A DNA stretch of 64,000 nt from the NCBI RefSeq assembly GCF_003918875.1, contig NW_025767294.1, positions 434,001-498,000 of the forward strand, read 5' to 3'. A program made the translations under genes and the position numbers. Of this stretch, positions 11,295-24,334 are shown one piece after another. Position 1 is the first letter of the stretch. Every line of letters begins with the position of its first letter. The DNA is from Haliotis rubra (Eukaryota). Under the pieces are notes generated by a model. It saw only the letters and a program-made list of their open reading frames with translations. It made no database searches and was not told where the DNA came from.

Positions 11295-14200
11295 ATGATG
11301 AGAACTCCGATGTGTAGGGGATGGGTTGAAGCATGTGCACGATGGATGAACCTTGGAAATCAGATCCGACATCACTCTGTGTCATACGAAGTGAGTCATT
11401 CAAATAAGCCTCGCTTCTGTATCCCTTTTTTGGTTTTTCAACACACTGCGCCATGAGCTTGAATAACTGCTGTTCAGTGAAATGTTATCAGTACTGAGCG
11501 TGTTCCTGTCTTCAGCTGTTGTTCTTGAGCTGGCTCATATCCATCCATTGTAAGTAGATTGATTACTGAGAGGGTACGTAAGTCCCGAAAACATTCAAAG
11601 TAAATGTAAACTTCCACTTTTTAATCGTAGAATGAATATGTGTTCTTTTAATGTTTGGCTAGATTCATTTAAAGTGCTGATCCATGACAGTTGAAGGGAT
11701 GATGTAAATCCAGCGAGGGTTCATACAGGAAGCAAATGTACCCATGGTCCCTAGTGTGGTGATCCACCTTCAATCTATAACCTGTTTGCATATTGTATTA
11801 TTATCTGTAGTTAATGTTTTAGAATTGATTACTAGTTTTAAATTCATATCTGTGATTAACTAATTGTTTTACTGTCCTTCGTTGACAGCTTTTCTTATAA
11901 TTTACCTTTAATTATTATGAATCTGTAACTTGATATACTCACAATATGGCTGAAATACTGCCGAAGTGTCTTAAGATTTATCTCACTCACTAACACTCAC
12001 GGAGTTGTTGGCGATCTATAGCCCAATTTTATGTTGTGATGTTTTGAAATGATTTAACATTTAACACTGAATTCAAACTAGTTTTAATCGAATTCTGATA
12101 TTCTAATCGTATTACCGTCCTTCGCTAGCAGGATTTTAAATAAGTATACATATGTTTATTCTTAGTACATAACTTTCTGTCGTCACAATATGGCTGAAAT
12201 ATTGCCGATGTTGCGTTAAATATTAACTCACTCACTAACACTCACGGATTACAAAACGTAAGTTAAAAGTCACTTTCTGTATAAAGTTGCAGTTACGCTC
12301 GTGTAGTGCACCACCCCGATGCGAAAGAGGTTGGAGTATTTCACAATGCAAATATATCGTTTCAATGAGGTACATATTTGGCTACATTTGTCAATTTTTT
12401 TAAAAATAGGGACAATAGTGCACCAGCAACAATTTACGGCTGAAGAAAACATAATTACAGTTGTGCAACTAACAGTATGTGAGATATAATTAATGTTTTC
12501 ATTTTTGTTGTCATTCTTACAAGTACGGGTTGCTGAGGAACAATTCTAAATCGGATCTATTTACGGGTTTGGACAGGTTATATGTGCATCTGTGAAGATC
12601 AGGGTTGGAACTGATCTTCAGCAACACATGTTTGTCGAAAGAGGTGACTAACGAGATCGGGTGGTCAGGCTCGCTGACTTGTTTGACACATATCATCGTA
12701 TCGCAATTACGTAGATTGATGCTCATGCTGTTGATCACCGGATTGTCTTGTCCAGACTCGATTATTTACAGACCACCGCCAGTTAGCTGTAATATTGCTG
12801 AGAGCGGCGTAAAAGAACAACCAACCAACGAATCGTATGTGGATTGACTGAAATACTTGGATTGTAAATGAAGGTGACACTGTAACAACCAACCAATGAC
12901 TTGTATGTGAATTGACTGAAATACTGGATTGTAAATGAAGGTGACACTGTAACAACCAACCAACGACTTGTATGTGGATTGACTGAAATACTGGATTGTA
13001 AATGAAGGTGACACTGTAACAACCAACCAATGACTTGTGTGTGGATTGACTGAAATACTGGATTGTAAATGAAGGTGACACTGTAACAACCAACCAATGA
13101 CTTGTATGTGGATTGACTGAAATACTGGATTGTAAATGAAGGTGACACTGTAACAACCAACCAATGACTTGTATGTGGATTGACTGAAATACTGGATTGT
13201 AAATGAAGGTGACACTGTAACAACCAACCAATGACTTGTATGTGGATTGACTGAAATACTGGATTGTAAATGAAGGTGACACTGTAACAACCAACCCACG
13301 ACTTGTATGTGGATTGACTGAAATACTGGATTGTAAATGAAGGTGACACTGTAACAACCAACCAACGACTTGTATGTGGATTGACTGAAATACTGGATTG
13401 TAAATGAAGGTGACACTGTAACAAGCAAAACAACAGACCAGGCGCTGTAGTACTTTGTGAGTTGATAAGTGTACTGAATACGTACCAATACCTGAAACGT
13501 TTAACAGTGTGATTGTATATTTATTGCTACATTGCAGGGTTGTACTTGAAAGAGCAAATTACCAACAGATGTGTTCTGTATAAATGCATTCATTAACAGG
13601 GAATCATTACTTATCACCATGCTATACATCAGATTGCAGAGAACAAACATATAGAAACAATTATAGTATGGAATCACAAATCGCCAACATATGGTGACTA
13701 CTATTACTCTGTGAGTGAGTACATAGTATACTCTTTCGGTTTAGCTTACAAGGTATCGTGCGCCTTCGTTTTGTTACTGACGGGGTGGGGTAGCCTCGTG
13801 GTTAAAACGTTCACTCATCACGTCGAAGACCCAGGGTCGATTCCCCACATGGGCACAATGTGTGAAGCCCATTTCTGGGGTCCCCGCTGTGATATTGCTG
13901 GAATATTGCTAAAGGCGGCGTAAAACCAAACTCACTCACTCGTTTTGTGACTTACTTTTGTCCCGATGCTCATAAATACAGTTATTAGATTTGGACTTTG
14001 TTTTTGGCAGATATAATGATCCATACTGGTCGTAAACAGTGACTGGCCAAACATTTAAGATGTTGCCCTTTTGAATGGCGGATATCGAAGACGAATATCA
14101 TTTGCTATTTATTTCTGATGCATATGTCGATTTCAGAAGGGAGTATATTCCACAGAAATATTTGTGTCACCTACTAGGGACACACTAATCAGATCTCTAT

Positions 14201-17200
14201 CATCTTATCTTCGGAAGACGATTCGGTTCATATACAATTATGTTTTTAACACATTCGTTGACATTAAGGAAGAATCTGACTTCTTCTGGTAACTAATTTC
14301 ACAATGTGATGATGGTTTCCACTATTTGCACTGTCCATACTTTGCCTGTCATTATGATACTATGTATTCGGACCGGAGGCCTTGTGTACAATAAACTATC
14401 TTCATCTAGTAAAAGCTAAATTTGTTCAAGAGTGAGTGACTTAAAATGTATAGTCACATCTACAGTAGTTCAGCCATATCGTTACAAAAACAAGTTACTT
14501 ATGTATGATAAATATAGTTTCAGTATAAAAACCTGTCGACGAAAAACAGTTATAACAATTCTCACATAAACTGAATTCAGAACTGGCGTCTATCTCTGGC
14601 ACAGCAATGCAATATGACAAACTGGCTGCATATCGCCAGCAACTGAAGGTAGGCCACCCTACTAGGGACCATGCGGACTTTTTCAGTATTTGTGCTATCG
14701 GCATGGACCCTACATAATCCCTTCAGTGGTTGACGATTGTAGTCTAATTTAGCCGTCATTTAAAAACCCAAATATATTACGATTCAAATTCTGCAAAACT
14801 TCAATATACTTTAAATGTTTGGGACTTACGTACTCATAAGATGTAATCACGGTGGTTTTATAATCAGTGAATGGTATCAGAAGTGGTGTCAAAGACTTGC
14901 AGAAGAATCGGCCATTGAATTACCAGAAATTCCAACATAGCTGGGTAATCACCACAGGACGATGTCGTGTTGGCCAGGAGCATGATCATTGTATAATTCA
15001 ATTACTTCGATTACACGTGGATGTCTACGTTGCGTTTTGGATGGATTCGTTAACAACTTGTTGTTAATATGGCGGTTGCTTGTGGGCACTGAAATCAATT
15101 AAAGATATAAAGAGAAATTGGTGCTAATGATCAAATCAATCTCTACTAATGCATCGGAATGTATGAGACGTGTTCTGAATGTCTAAACAATTATACTTTA
15201 TTGGTTGGGTGACATTTCAGGAAACCATGAAAACGTGGCATGGTCTGCATACACCAGGCTTCAACTACCTCGCAAACATCCGTCACATGAAGAAGTATAT
15301 GAAGCGGATGGGAAATAGTGTAAGTTTATTTTTTAAACTGGTGTTATTCAGATGCTGCTGGACCGGTTTCTATGTGTCTCCTTATACAAAAGATACGTAA
15401 CGAGGTTCAACTGATATTTTGAATCTCACAAACGTTTACTGGAATGGGGCATCAACGGTAACGGTATCCGCCCTCAAAACCCTCAATTAATGAAAACTGC
15501 ATCATATCTGACATGAATACTATTAGGACGGTGGTGATGGTCCGGTCTTACTTCCAACAGATTTCCGACCTTTCCAAACTGAACGTTCTTCACATCACTG
15601 GCACAAAAGGCAAAGGCTCAACAAGCGCTTTTTGTGAAAATATTCTTCGTCGCCATGGCTACAAAACTGGCGTATACAGGTAGGGTAACTTAGAACATGA
15701 CAAATATGTGTTTCACAAGAAATGTTGAATGGCTATTATAATTTTCACCGCTGCATCGTCCGTGGTTGGCCATTACATATGACGAAATGGGTAGCTCATC
15801 TTTGCTTTGTGACCAATATATTTGATTGACAGCCTCGTTAACCGAAGAACTGATCTAGCCCCGTCGTCAAAACGTTAACCTACTCCCATCCTTGCTTTGA
15901 TTTGAAAATTCAATAGACCCAATTTGATCATTTCATTAATAATTATAACAGCCTCCCTTTCTGCTAAGTTACAAAGGCATATCAAATTTATTTTGAAGCT
16001 TCTTGATACTGACTTACTTTAAACATCAACTTACAAGTTAATGTATCTGTACTGTGACCTTTTCACCTGAAAGGGGTTTCACACATTCTGCCCATGTGGG
16101 TAATCGAACCCAGATCTTCAGCGTGACGAACACGACTCGGCTATTCCAACGCACCCCAAATACCGAAGAGGTTTCCTTACGGAGTGCTACGTATTTACCT
16201 AAAACACTTTTGCAAGTACTTCCGGCACGGAACCTATGCAGCCCACGCACTCTTGTCGAAAGAGGCTACTCCTTCAATTGCAACCCAGCAATTCAGGCAT
16301 GAATCTACTTAAATAGTGTCAAGACAGGTCTTTATTCAAATAAACTTGAACGATACCTCTATATTAGGATGGATTATCGCACCAAGCGAACGGGAAGAGT
16401 GGAATTTGTTCTACTCATGGTTGCATCACAAACATGGAGTTTTGTCGACATAAACATAGCAGTAGACAACAACGGATCGACGTCCACATTTGACAAACGT
16501 AATTCGGACAATAGTGTCGCTATCGGCTCCCGTCACAATATGAACAGCGTCTAAAGTGGTTGGGACATTATAAGTTGTTCACTGGTTACATGGGTTGATG
16601 TACCTTCTAAGTTTGTTTATGTCCCCTGAGCCTGTGAGGTAAGAAAGGTGTAGCTGTCATGGAACACCAGTTTTATCTTCTGTCATCCATAGTTCACCTC
16701 ACCTGATCAGCATCAATGAGAGGTTCCTGTGTGACGGCAAGCCTATCGAGACGAACCTGTTCAAGGACCACTTCTGGGACATCTACAACAAACTCTTCAG
16801 ATTAAGGGTACTGATACACACAAACCGAGAACGTTTGTTATCAGCAACACGATTTGTTTACACGTGGGCAACAACATGTCAGCAAATGTGTCGTACTCGC
16901 TGATCTGGGTTTATATTAGGCACAAGAGTCAGGAATTGGCCGAATCAAAGGAAGCTAATTTGGCAAAGTTTAACTTAAGTTTCGGGATTATGATCCGACA
17001 TCGTTAAATAATAGTCAACGCAGTAGGACAAAGCAGATGACTTTCCCTAAATGTCGAAACATATCATATCCTCCTACCTATGGTATCTAAATTTTAAAAC
17101 CTCATATTACTTGTTCATATGATATTTGATAAAACATTTTATCAATTTGCCAAATTTGGACAACTGATTCGCTCTTGGATGTATGTGATGGATGCCACCA

Positions 17201-20200
17201 TCGGGGAAAGTGGCGCAAATATATGCTTATTATGAATAGGGACACATACATTCTTATGATTATGGAATTGATGATTTTATTTTGAACTACAGTCATGGTT
17301 TACAGGTCTCTTTATATACGCCTGTTGATTAGTACTTTTCAAGGAATGATACCATATCCATTGTAGACACATCACGTTGGTCTGGAAATAATCAAACACA
17401 TACATCCGGAGAAAAACTTACTAAATATCATGAACATCAATTCATTCTTTACAGGAATCAGAAGACGATATGCCACATGCATTTGCCTTTCTGACTCTGC
17501 TGGCTTTCGACCTCTTCCTTGCGCAAGGAGTTGATGCTCTGATTCTTGAAGTCGGAATAGGAGGTCAATACGACTGCACCAACATTGTTGAAAGACCAGC
17601 TGTATGCGGAATTACTTCGCTGCATGTGGACCATGTCCAATACCTGGGTAACACTTTAGAATCCGTGGCCTGGCACAAGGGAGGTGTGTTTAAAGTAAGT
17701 TTCTGAATGGAATAGATTAATAGGATCCGCGGGAACTGAAAGAGCATATATTTGAATAATCAATGACCATTGTGAAATATACTTGAATGAATATCACAAA
17801 TCTGAATGACTTTGGTTTCACAACATCATTGCAACCAGTCAATTTTCATTTTTGTCGAGAGGCGGTGGGGCAGCCTAGTGGCTAGAGCGTTCGCTTGTCA
17901 CGCTGAATGCCCTTGTTCTGTTCCAACGTGAGGCCAATTTCTGGTCATGATATATTGCTTAAAGGGCGTAAAACCAAATTATTTACTCACTCAGTTTTTT
18001 CGACTCACAACCATCGATTACAGTGTCAGGATTTTCAAAAAATTGTATCTTGAGCATAGTTAAAATAAATAAACTTTGTTCAAACCATTAAAGTGGTTGG
18101 TGTAAATGATTGTCAAGGCTATGGTTCAGTATATTTCAGCCAGGAGCACCAGCAGTGACAGTTCCTCAAGACCCATGTGTGATGAAAGTCCTAGAAGACA
18201 GAGCTGAAGAAATAGGGGTACTGCATGCTAAGTGTTACATATCCCGAGTGCATGGAGAGTGAAAAGTATGGCTTTCTCTATTTGCGAGGGATGGTGGGGT
18301 AGTCTAGTGGTGAAAGTGTTCGCTCGTCCCGCCAAAGACCCTGGTTCGATTCCCCACATGGCTACCATGTGTGAAGCCCATTTCTGGTGTCCCCGCCGTA
18401 ATATTGCCTTTGGATGTATGTGCTAAAAGCATGGCATCACACTTGCTTATCAACATCTCTGTAAATTCGGACAAGACCAACGGTTAACGTTGTAACGAAA
18501 TAATCGACAAGACACACGTTTAACGTTGTAAAGGAAATAATCGTTAAACTCCACATCACCCCAGATAAGCCTTGTGTTCAGTGCGTTACGGAATATAATC
18601 ATTGCCAGCTCAGACCTTTGTCATACATGTCTTATTTTCTGATTTAGAAACATTTCCATTCAGTGTTTACTGAACTGTATCAATAAGCACCAATAACCAT
18701 CACGTCCCCATTTCCTCACCTGAACTTGAAATTAAGGAGACAAGTGAGACCGCTTCAACTGTTTCAAATGTTATTTAGATCTACGCATAAAGATTGAGAG
18801 GGACAAAAAAAACCAACAACGTTGTATGACAAAAGAGACGATTTCAACTTCCCAAGGGTGTACTTTCCTTTCATGTCAAGCAATATTCCAACAGCTACAG
18901 CCTTTGGTCAAACACAATATTGATGAATTCAGAATTGTAATTCGAGATTTCGCATGGATGTAGATGGGGTTTTGTCACTTCTATATGCATTATATCACCT
19001 GTTTTGTTTCATTAACTAGACTACATTATATGAAGCCCCGCCGCTGGCTACATACGACGGTGGACCTGAGCCAATCAGGTTAGGGATCCCTGGTCACGTG
19101 CAGCAGGTCAATGCCTCCCTAGCACTACAGATGTGTAACATATGGCTGGAGTCTCAAAGAAACGGTAATAGGATGCACAAGAATGTACTGGAACGTTCTC
19201 AGTAGAGCTGCTATAAAGAAATCGACCATGTAATACTCGGATGTTGTTATGATTAGGAATTGTGTTACCACTTAAAGACAAACATAATTTAATTTCATGA
19301 AGAGATGATAAATATTGATTTGGAGCCAAACAATGTTATTGAAAATCTGTTCCACTTTCTCAATTACTTCCTAAAACAATATTTAAGTAAGGTAATATGT
19401 TTGCATATGAAGAAATAACTGGTGTATAAAAATGTTAACTCGCTGCTATATGTGTTGTATACACAGACTATCTTTTCACAATGATACAAAACAACCGCAA
19501 TGGCATAATTTTGCATTATTGTGAAACACTATTTAGATGTTGGTAGATATTGTCATAAGCTAAATCAATTTATTAATTGTAGCATATTTGTTTTAATATT
19601 CATGGATGTGGGATTAATATTGGTATATGATTCACTTGACAGGGTTTCGCATGACAACAGTGGATGAAACATCGACTTTCAAAAACGAAAGCACAAAGGC
19701 ACAGGGGTTCACCTTGACTGACGCCATGAAAAATGATAAGAATATTTATTGATTTTGTTTTGGTTCATTCATGAATGTTATCAACTGGGTATACTTACAT
19801 GCACAGAAGATACTTACAAACAAGAAAACTATTACTTCCATATTGTATGCATTGACATACATGAGAGCTTAAAGCATTCAATCGTCAAAGCGAAGACCAG
19901 GTTTCGATTTTCCATATGAGTACAATGTGTGAAACCAATATGTAGTGTCCCTGTCGTAATATTGCTGGAATGTAGCTACGAAACATACATGAATACAAAA
20001 TCATCTTGCGGTAGATTCCTGTGAATAATAGACAGTGTAAATAATGTTAACAACATTGACATCACAGACCGCTCATGTAATCACTACTTAGATCAACTGT
20101 GTACAACAATTCGACAACTGTGATAACTTTCAACGCAATAATGCAAACCTATCCTATTATCAGCCAATACAGAAACATTTCTCTGCCAGTAGTATGATTA

Positions 20201-23200
20201 TTTTCGATTTGTGAAAATATATTCTCAAACGGTTATCTATTCACATATTTACACAGGTACTGTTTATGGGAGGCATTCATTCATTTTAGTTTTACATCAA
20301 ATCGTTTTAATGAATTGGCCATTTGTTTTCTTTTCTAAGTTTGGCCCAAACAAATCTCCCCGGAAGGGCCCATGTTATCTCCCGTCCCGGAGTGACCTAC
20401 TACCTGGACACGGCTCACACTGACCTCAGCATCGAGGTATTGATGTAGCCTATGTCATTTATTTATTCATTAAATCAGAGAGAATTCGGAATAAGATTTG
20501 TGGTTAACTGAAGAGTGGATGTAATGCAACAAAACCTTCGAAACTTATTATCGTGCCCCAGACGAGTTAGCTCGTAGATCATAACGTCCATTAGGGGGTG
20601 GGGTGTTTGTGTATGCACCATTGAAACTCTCGTTAGAACGGGTGAAAATGAAGTGTGCACCCCCCTTTTCTCCCCCTCCTAACTAGATCTACACGGGTTG
20701 TACCAATTACTTACATTATTTCCATTCCATAATGACAGCATTTGGCCGAGTGGTTCAACCAAAAGGCTGACGAAGAACTGTCAACACTGAAGTAAGTTAC
20801 CTGTACTGCACCTGTTTGTTGTGTTTGGCGTCTTTTCGCAGAAAGTGACACAGTCTGACGATTACCAACTCATTAAAGATCCTCATCATCGATAATCGCC
20901 CGTTTATGTATACCACAGGCTTCACTATCCCCTTGTGTACTTTGCAGGCTTCATTTGTTAACGTTTCTATCAAAGCCCTTGTGTTGTTATTGTGTCTGGC
21001 TTCCTAATCCCTATTGTACTGTACAAACATCTGCTCTACTTGTATATATGCTCATCCACCCTTATGTTGTTCATCACGTGCTTAATAACTGTTAAATGCT
21101 ACACCGAAACGTCGCTCTCACAGCGATAAAGAATATATTGTTATCCTTCCTTACTGCCCCAACTTCCAAATGCCTCTCAAAAAAGTTAGTCTGTCGAGTA
21201 TTTTCACTTTGTGTAATTCCATAATCATGCGGATGTAAATAACCCTATGGCACATAGATAATTAATGGAATATAAAAACAAAGTTATTAGTCATCCTCCG
21301 CTCAAATTGGTTTTTGTGGGAGAGCTCCTCCTGTCTGTCTACCTCTTTTAAAAAAAGTAACTCACAACTCATTCAATACTTTTCATGTACACACATCAGG
21401 TCAGCATTTTTCCTTCTTTGCTTTTTTGTGTTCCGCTAATATATTTTTAATATTTATCGTATAATGTATTATCAGATGCGTAACATATTTCTATTTGTGA
21501 TTTTTAAAAAGTATCTGAAAAGGCAGTGGATATCTGTCTTATTTCTATTTTATTTTTTATCACATTATTCCTTTTTAATCTAGGATGATTTAATTTTCCT
21601 TATTATTTATTGTTGAAAGTGTATTTGTGTTCATGGTAGATCGAACTATGAAGTAACAATTTACAGAATGCAAAACCCGTTAATGATTCCAGAGGACGTG
21701 TTGCTCGAGTCCTGATTTTCTATGGATCTGAAAAAAGGGATATATGCAAACATATATCGATATTACAGGTGAGTGAGTGAGTTAGGACTCACATCGGCAG
21801 TATCCTAACAGTATCGTGACTAGAACAAGTTATACATTCCTGACACACCCACTCAGAGTAGTATAAACACCTGTGGACAACAGACAGTCCAAACAACTTG
21901 AATGTGACTGATATAAACTAGCATGTAATTTTGAAACTATAGACAGTATGATAAATGCCCGGCTATAGATCGCGAACAACCGAAGGTAGTTGTTGGTCCC
22001 TGCCTGGCGCTCGGCATTAATGGGTACAACAAGGACTGGTCGGCTCGGAGTCAGTATAATGTGTCTGAGTGGGGTATTCATGCTTCACCGCGGCATAATA
22101 TCTCAGTGGGCTAGCACTTTTCAACCTGCTTACGTCTGGGCTAGTACAAGCAGCCGCACATACACATACACCCGCATGCACGTCGTCATATGAGCGAAAT
22201 ATTCTCAAGCACGACGTTAAACCCAATTTCACCTCACCTCACCTGAAGGTAGATCACCATACGGAAGACAAATAGGTACCTTTGCTTCCTGTATGTAACG
22301 TAGCTGGATTTACAACATCACTTCAGCTGTTGGCGATTGTGCTATTTTCAAAACAATTTTATCCAATCTTTTGTGATAATTCAATTTCATTTCAAAGGCA
22401 ATAAATAAATGACAAAGATGTCTATATACAGCCATCGGCAGACAGGAAATAGTCAGTCTTTACGGCCTATGCCAATCCCAATTTCTTAGCAGTGTTACAA
22501 CTATCCTCCATACTCACTGATGTATTTTCTTGTTTTTCCAGCAGAGACTCAAACTGGATGCTGTTATCTTTACAGCCTACGCCAGCCCCACTGAAGACTG
22601 TTCTATAGGTATCATTCATCTTGAAAACACAATTTCGCAAAGACTTTGTATATTTACATCGCACACAAATTCCGCCTGCCTGTTTGTGGCGGCTGATTTC
22701 GATGGCTTCCAAAAGTTTTCTTTTTGTGATATCCTGATTCCCCATCCCTATCCCTCAGAACCATCCTCCATAAAGTCGTATGCTTCATTATTGACTCGGC
22801 CACTTCTAGCACCTCACCAAGCCCTAAATCAATTACGTCTATGTCGGATCCAGATCACCAGATCCGGCTTAGAATTGGTATTCAGCAGCCTATGCTTGTC
22901 GTAAGAGGCGACAAACGGAATCGGGTGGTCACATGTCATCGTATCCCAATTTGGAATATCGATGCTCATGCTGTTGATAACTGGATTGTCTGGTCCAGAC
23001 TAGATTATTTACAGACCACCGTCATATAGCTGGAATATTTCTGAGTGCGGAGTAAAACTAAACTCACTCACTCGAGATCACCAAATATTTTTAAACATGT
23101 TGACAAAATATCTTTCATCTGAGGTAAACATACGCCAGTAAAAATATACATCTCAACAGTACATTCATGTGTAAATAAGAGAACTGGCATAAATATTGTA

Positions 23201-24334
23201 TATGTTGCCGTTTTAATGTAAGTTTAATCAATTTCATGTTATTCCTAAAAGTAAGCTTTGAAGTGATCAAAAATAATTTGAGAATAAGTTTCGCGTCACT
23301 GACAATAGTCGACAATGATTCCCCTCTAGTGTTACAAATAAAGCCACAAATAGATGTCCATTCAGGGCCTGCAGATTTCATTCAGGGCCTGTAGATTTCA
23401 TTCAGGGCCTGTAGATTTCATTCAGGGCCTGTAGATTTTAAAGCCTGCAGGCCATGATGGCCACCTCCCAAATTTTAGTATTGCAAAACACTGAGTGAAA
23501 CTTGAGTCGGCAAATAGTCGACAATGATTGCCCTCTAGTGTTACAAGTAAAGCCACAAATAGATGTCCACTTTCAAACATCATTTTATTCAACTAATTGT
23601 GATGATCCTGATTTTCTTCAACAACACCGGAGTGACTTATTGGGCCACTAACAACGTTGTCTAGTGGGGCTAGCTTACTCAGTCGATGCATGTCAGCGAA
23701 TATTAATTTCGTAGCACGAAGACCTCGTGCTGTCAACCATTGGAGCGTATGCCCCATTCATGATTATTTACAGATTGGCGTCATATTGCTTAACTAATGC
23801 CGAGTATAGAGTTGAAATCAACAGATCAGTCATTGTCTTAAAATGGATAAAGTAGGAGTTCATATTAACTTGGTGCCATTGTATTGTGTCATTTCAGATT
23901 ACATCTATGATAACATCTCCAAAGAGGAACAGTTCCAGAGCGTTCTTACCCTCAAGAAATTCTGGGAAGACAATACTTCCACAACAGACAACATGACAAC
24001 CGAAGGTAAACATGCTGGCCATTCATGTGCGTCGTTTACAGCGAGAAGTTTCCCAGAGGCTCTCATAGCCGCGACAGGTGGGCGTGACCTCAACATACGT
24101 GGCATAGAGGATTATATCTCTCAGCAACAATCTGGCAAACATCGTATGACGTCTTCGGGCGATCATTACAGAGATGAGAGTGTTACGTGGGCATCAACAA
24201 AAGATGGAGTGTGTCTTGATTATCCAAAATTACCAGAACAGGTTAATGACGCCGATCACGTTCAGATTCTGTTTGCTGGAGGTTTCAAGATAATTGGTCA
24301 TGGTCTGTGGTATCTTCAAGGGGAACTATTCTGA
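11295..24334 (+). CDS. FPGS: Folylpolyglutamate synthase-like protein, paralog 1 (13 coding exons, ~571 aa, probable mitochondrial presequence)
   Basis: Exons 11295-11390, 15221-15319, 15561-15679, 16693-16807, 17455-17694, 18140-18217, 19020-19164, 19643-19735, 20339-20436, 20739-20791, 21693-21768, 22542-22608 and 23898-24334 join in phase with no stop. Motifs: [11 protein letters not shown] (P-loop), [33 protein letters not shown]. All introns are GT-AG except intron 8 (AT-AA, see findings). Confidence 0.92.
11686..12240 (+). mobile_element. Two tandem family D retroposon 3' fragments
   Basis: Each ends in CACAATATGGCTGAAATA.TGCCGA...(CACT)n AACACTCACGGA. Confidence 0.7.
12590..12825 (+). 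mobile_element. Family B retroposon heading a composite unit
   Basis: Complete head, body and tail. Confidence 0.88.
12818..13425. repeat. 67-bp minisatellite x~9
   Basis: ACAACCAACCAATGACTTGTATGTGGATTGACTGAAATACTGGATTGTAAATGAAGGTGACACTGTA; same unit at 36357. Confidence 0.97.
13781..13942 (+). mobile_element. Family A tRNA-derived SINE
   Basis: A and B boxes, body and (CACT)n tail. Confidence 0.9.
14430..14830 (-). mobile_element. Family D retroposon fragment
   Basis: Similar to 11686-12000 in the opposite orientation. Confidence 0.55.
18690..18910 (+). mobile_element. Penelope-like retroelement RT relic in FPGS1 intron 6
   Basis: Degenerate [20 protein letters not shown] and [24 protein letters not shown], characteristic of a Penelope-like RT C-terminal region. 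Confidence 0.7.
21769..22340 (-). mobile_element. Family D retroposon fragment interrupted by a family C SINE
   Basis: Tail at 21769-21825; body resumes after 22244. Confidence 0.7.
21990..22243 (+). mobile_element. 5'-truncated family C (Meta-like) SINE
   Basis: Near-identical to 10371-10628; TSD GAAGGTAG on both sides. Confidence 0.9.
22860..23072 (+). mobile_element. Family B retroposon
   Basis: Head, body and (CACT)n tail. Confidence 0.85.

Noticed and set aside
12707-13488. Long ORFs in all three minus frames (also 36206-37090)
   Set aside because: A stop-free 67-bp unit (3n+1) cycles through all frames; intronic, with no coding features.
19736-19745. U12 (minor spliceosome) intron
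   Set aside because: The 5' end is ATAAG, not ATATCC, and there is no U12 branch point.
23843-23897. ORF-track N-terminal extension of the last FPGS exon (likewise 49738-49697 for the sulfotransferase)
   Set aside because: Intronic sequence upstream of clear acceptors; for FPGS it is also not conserved in the paralog.
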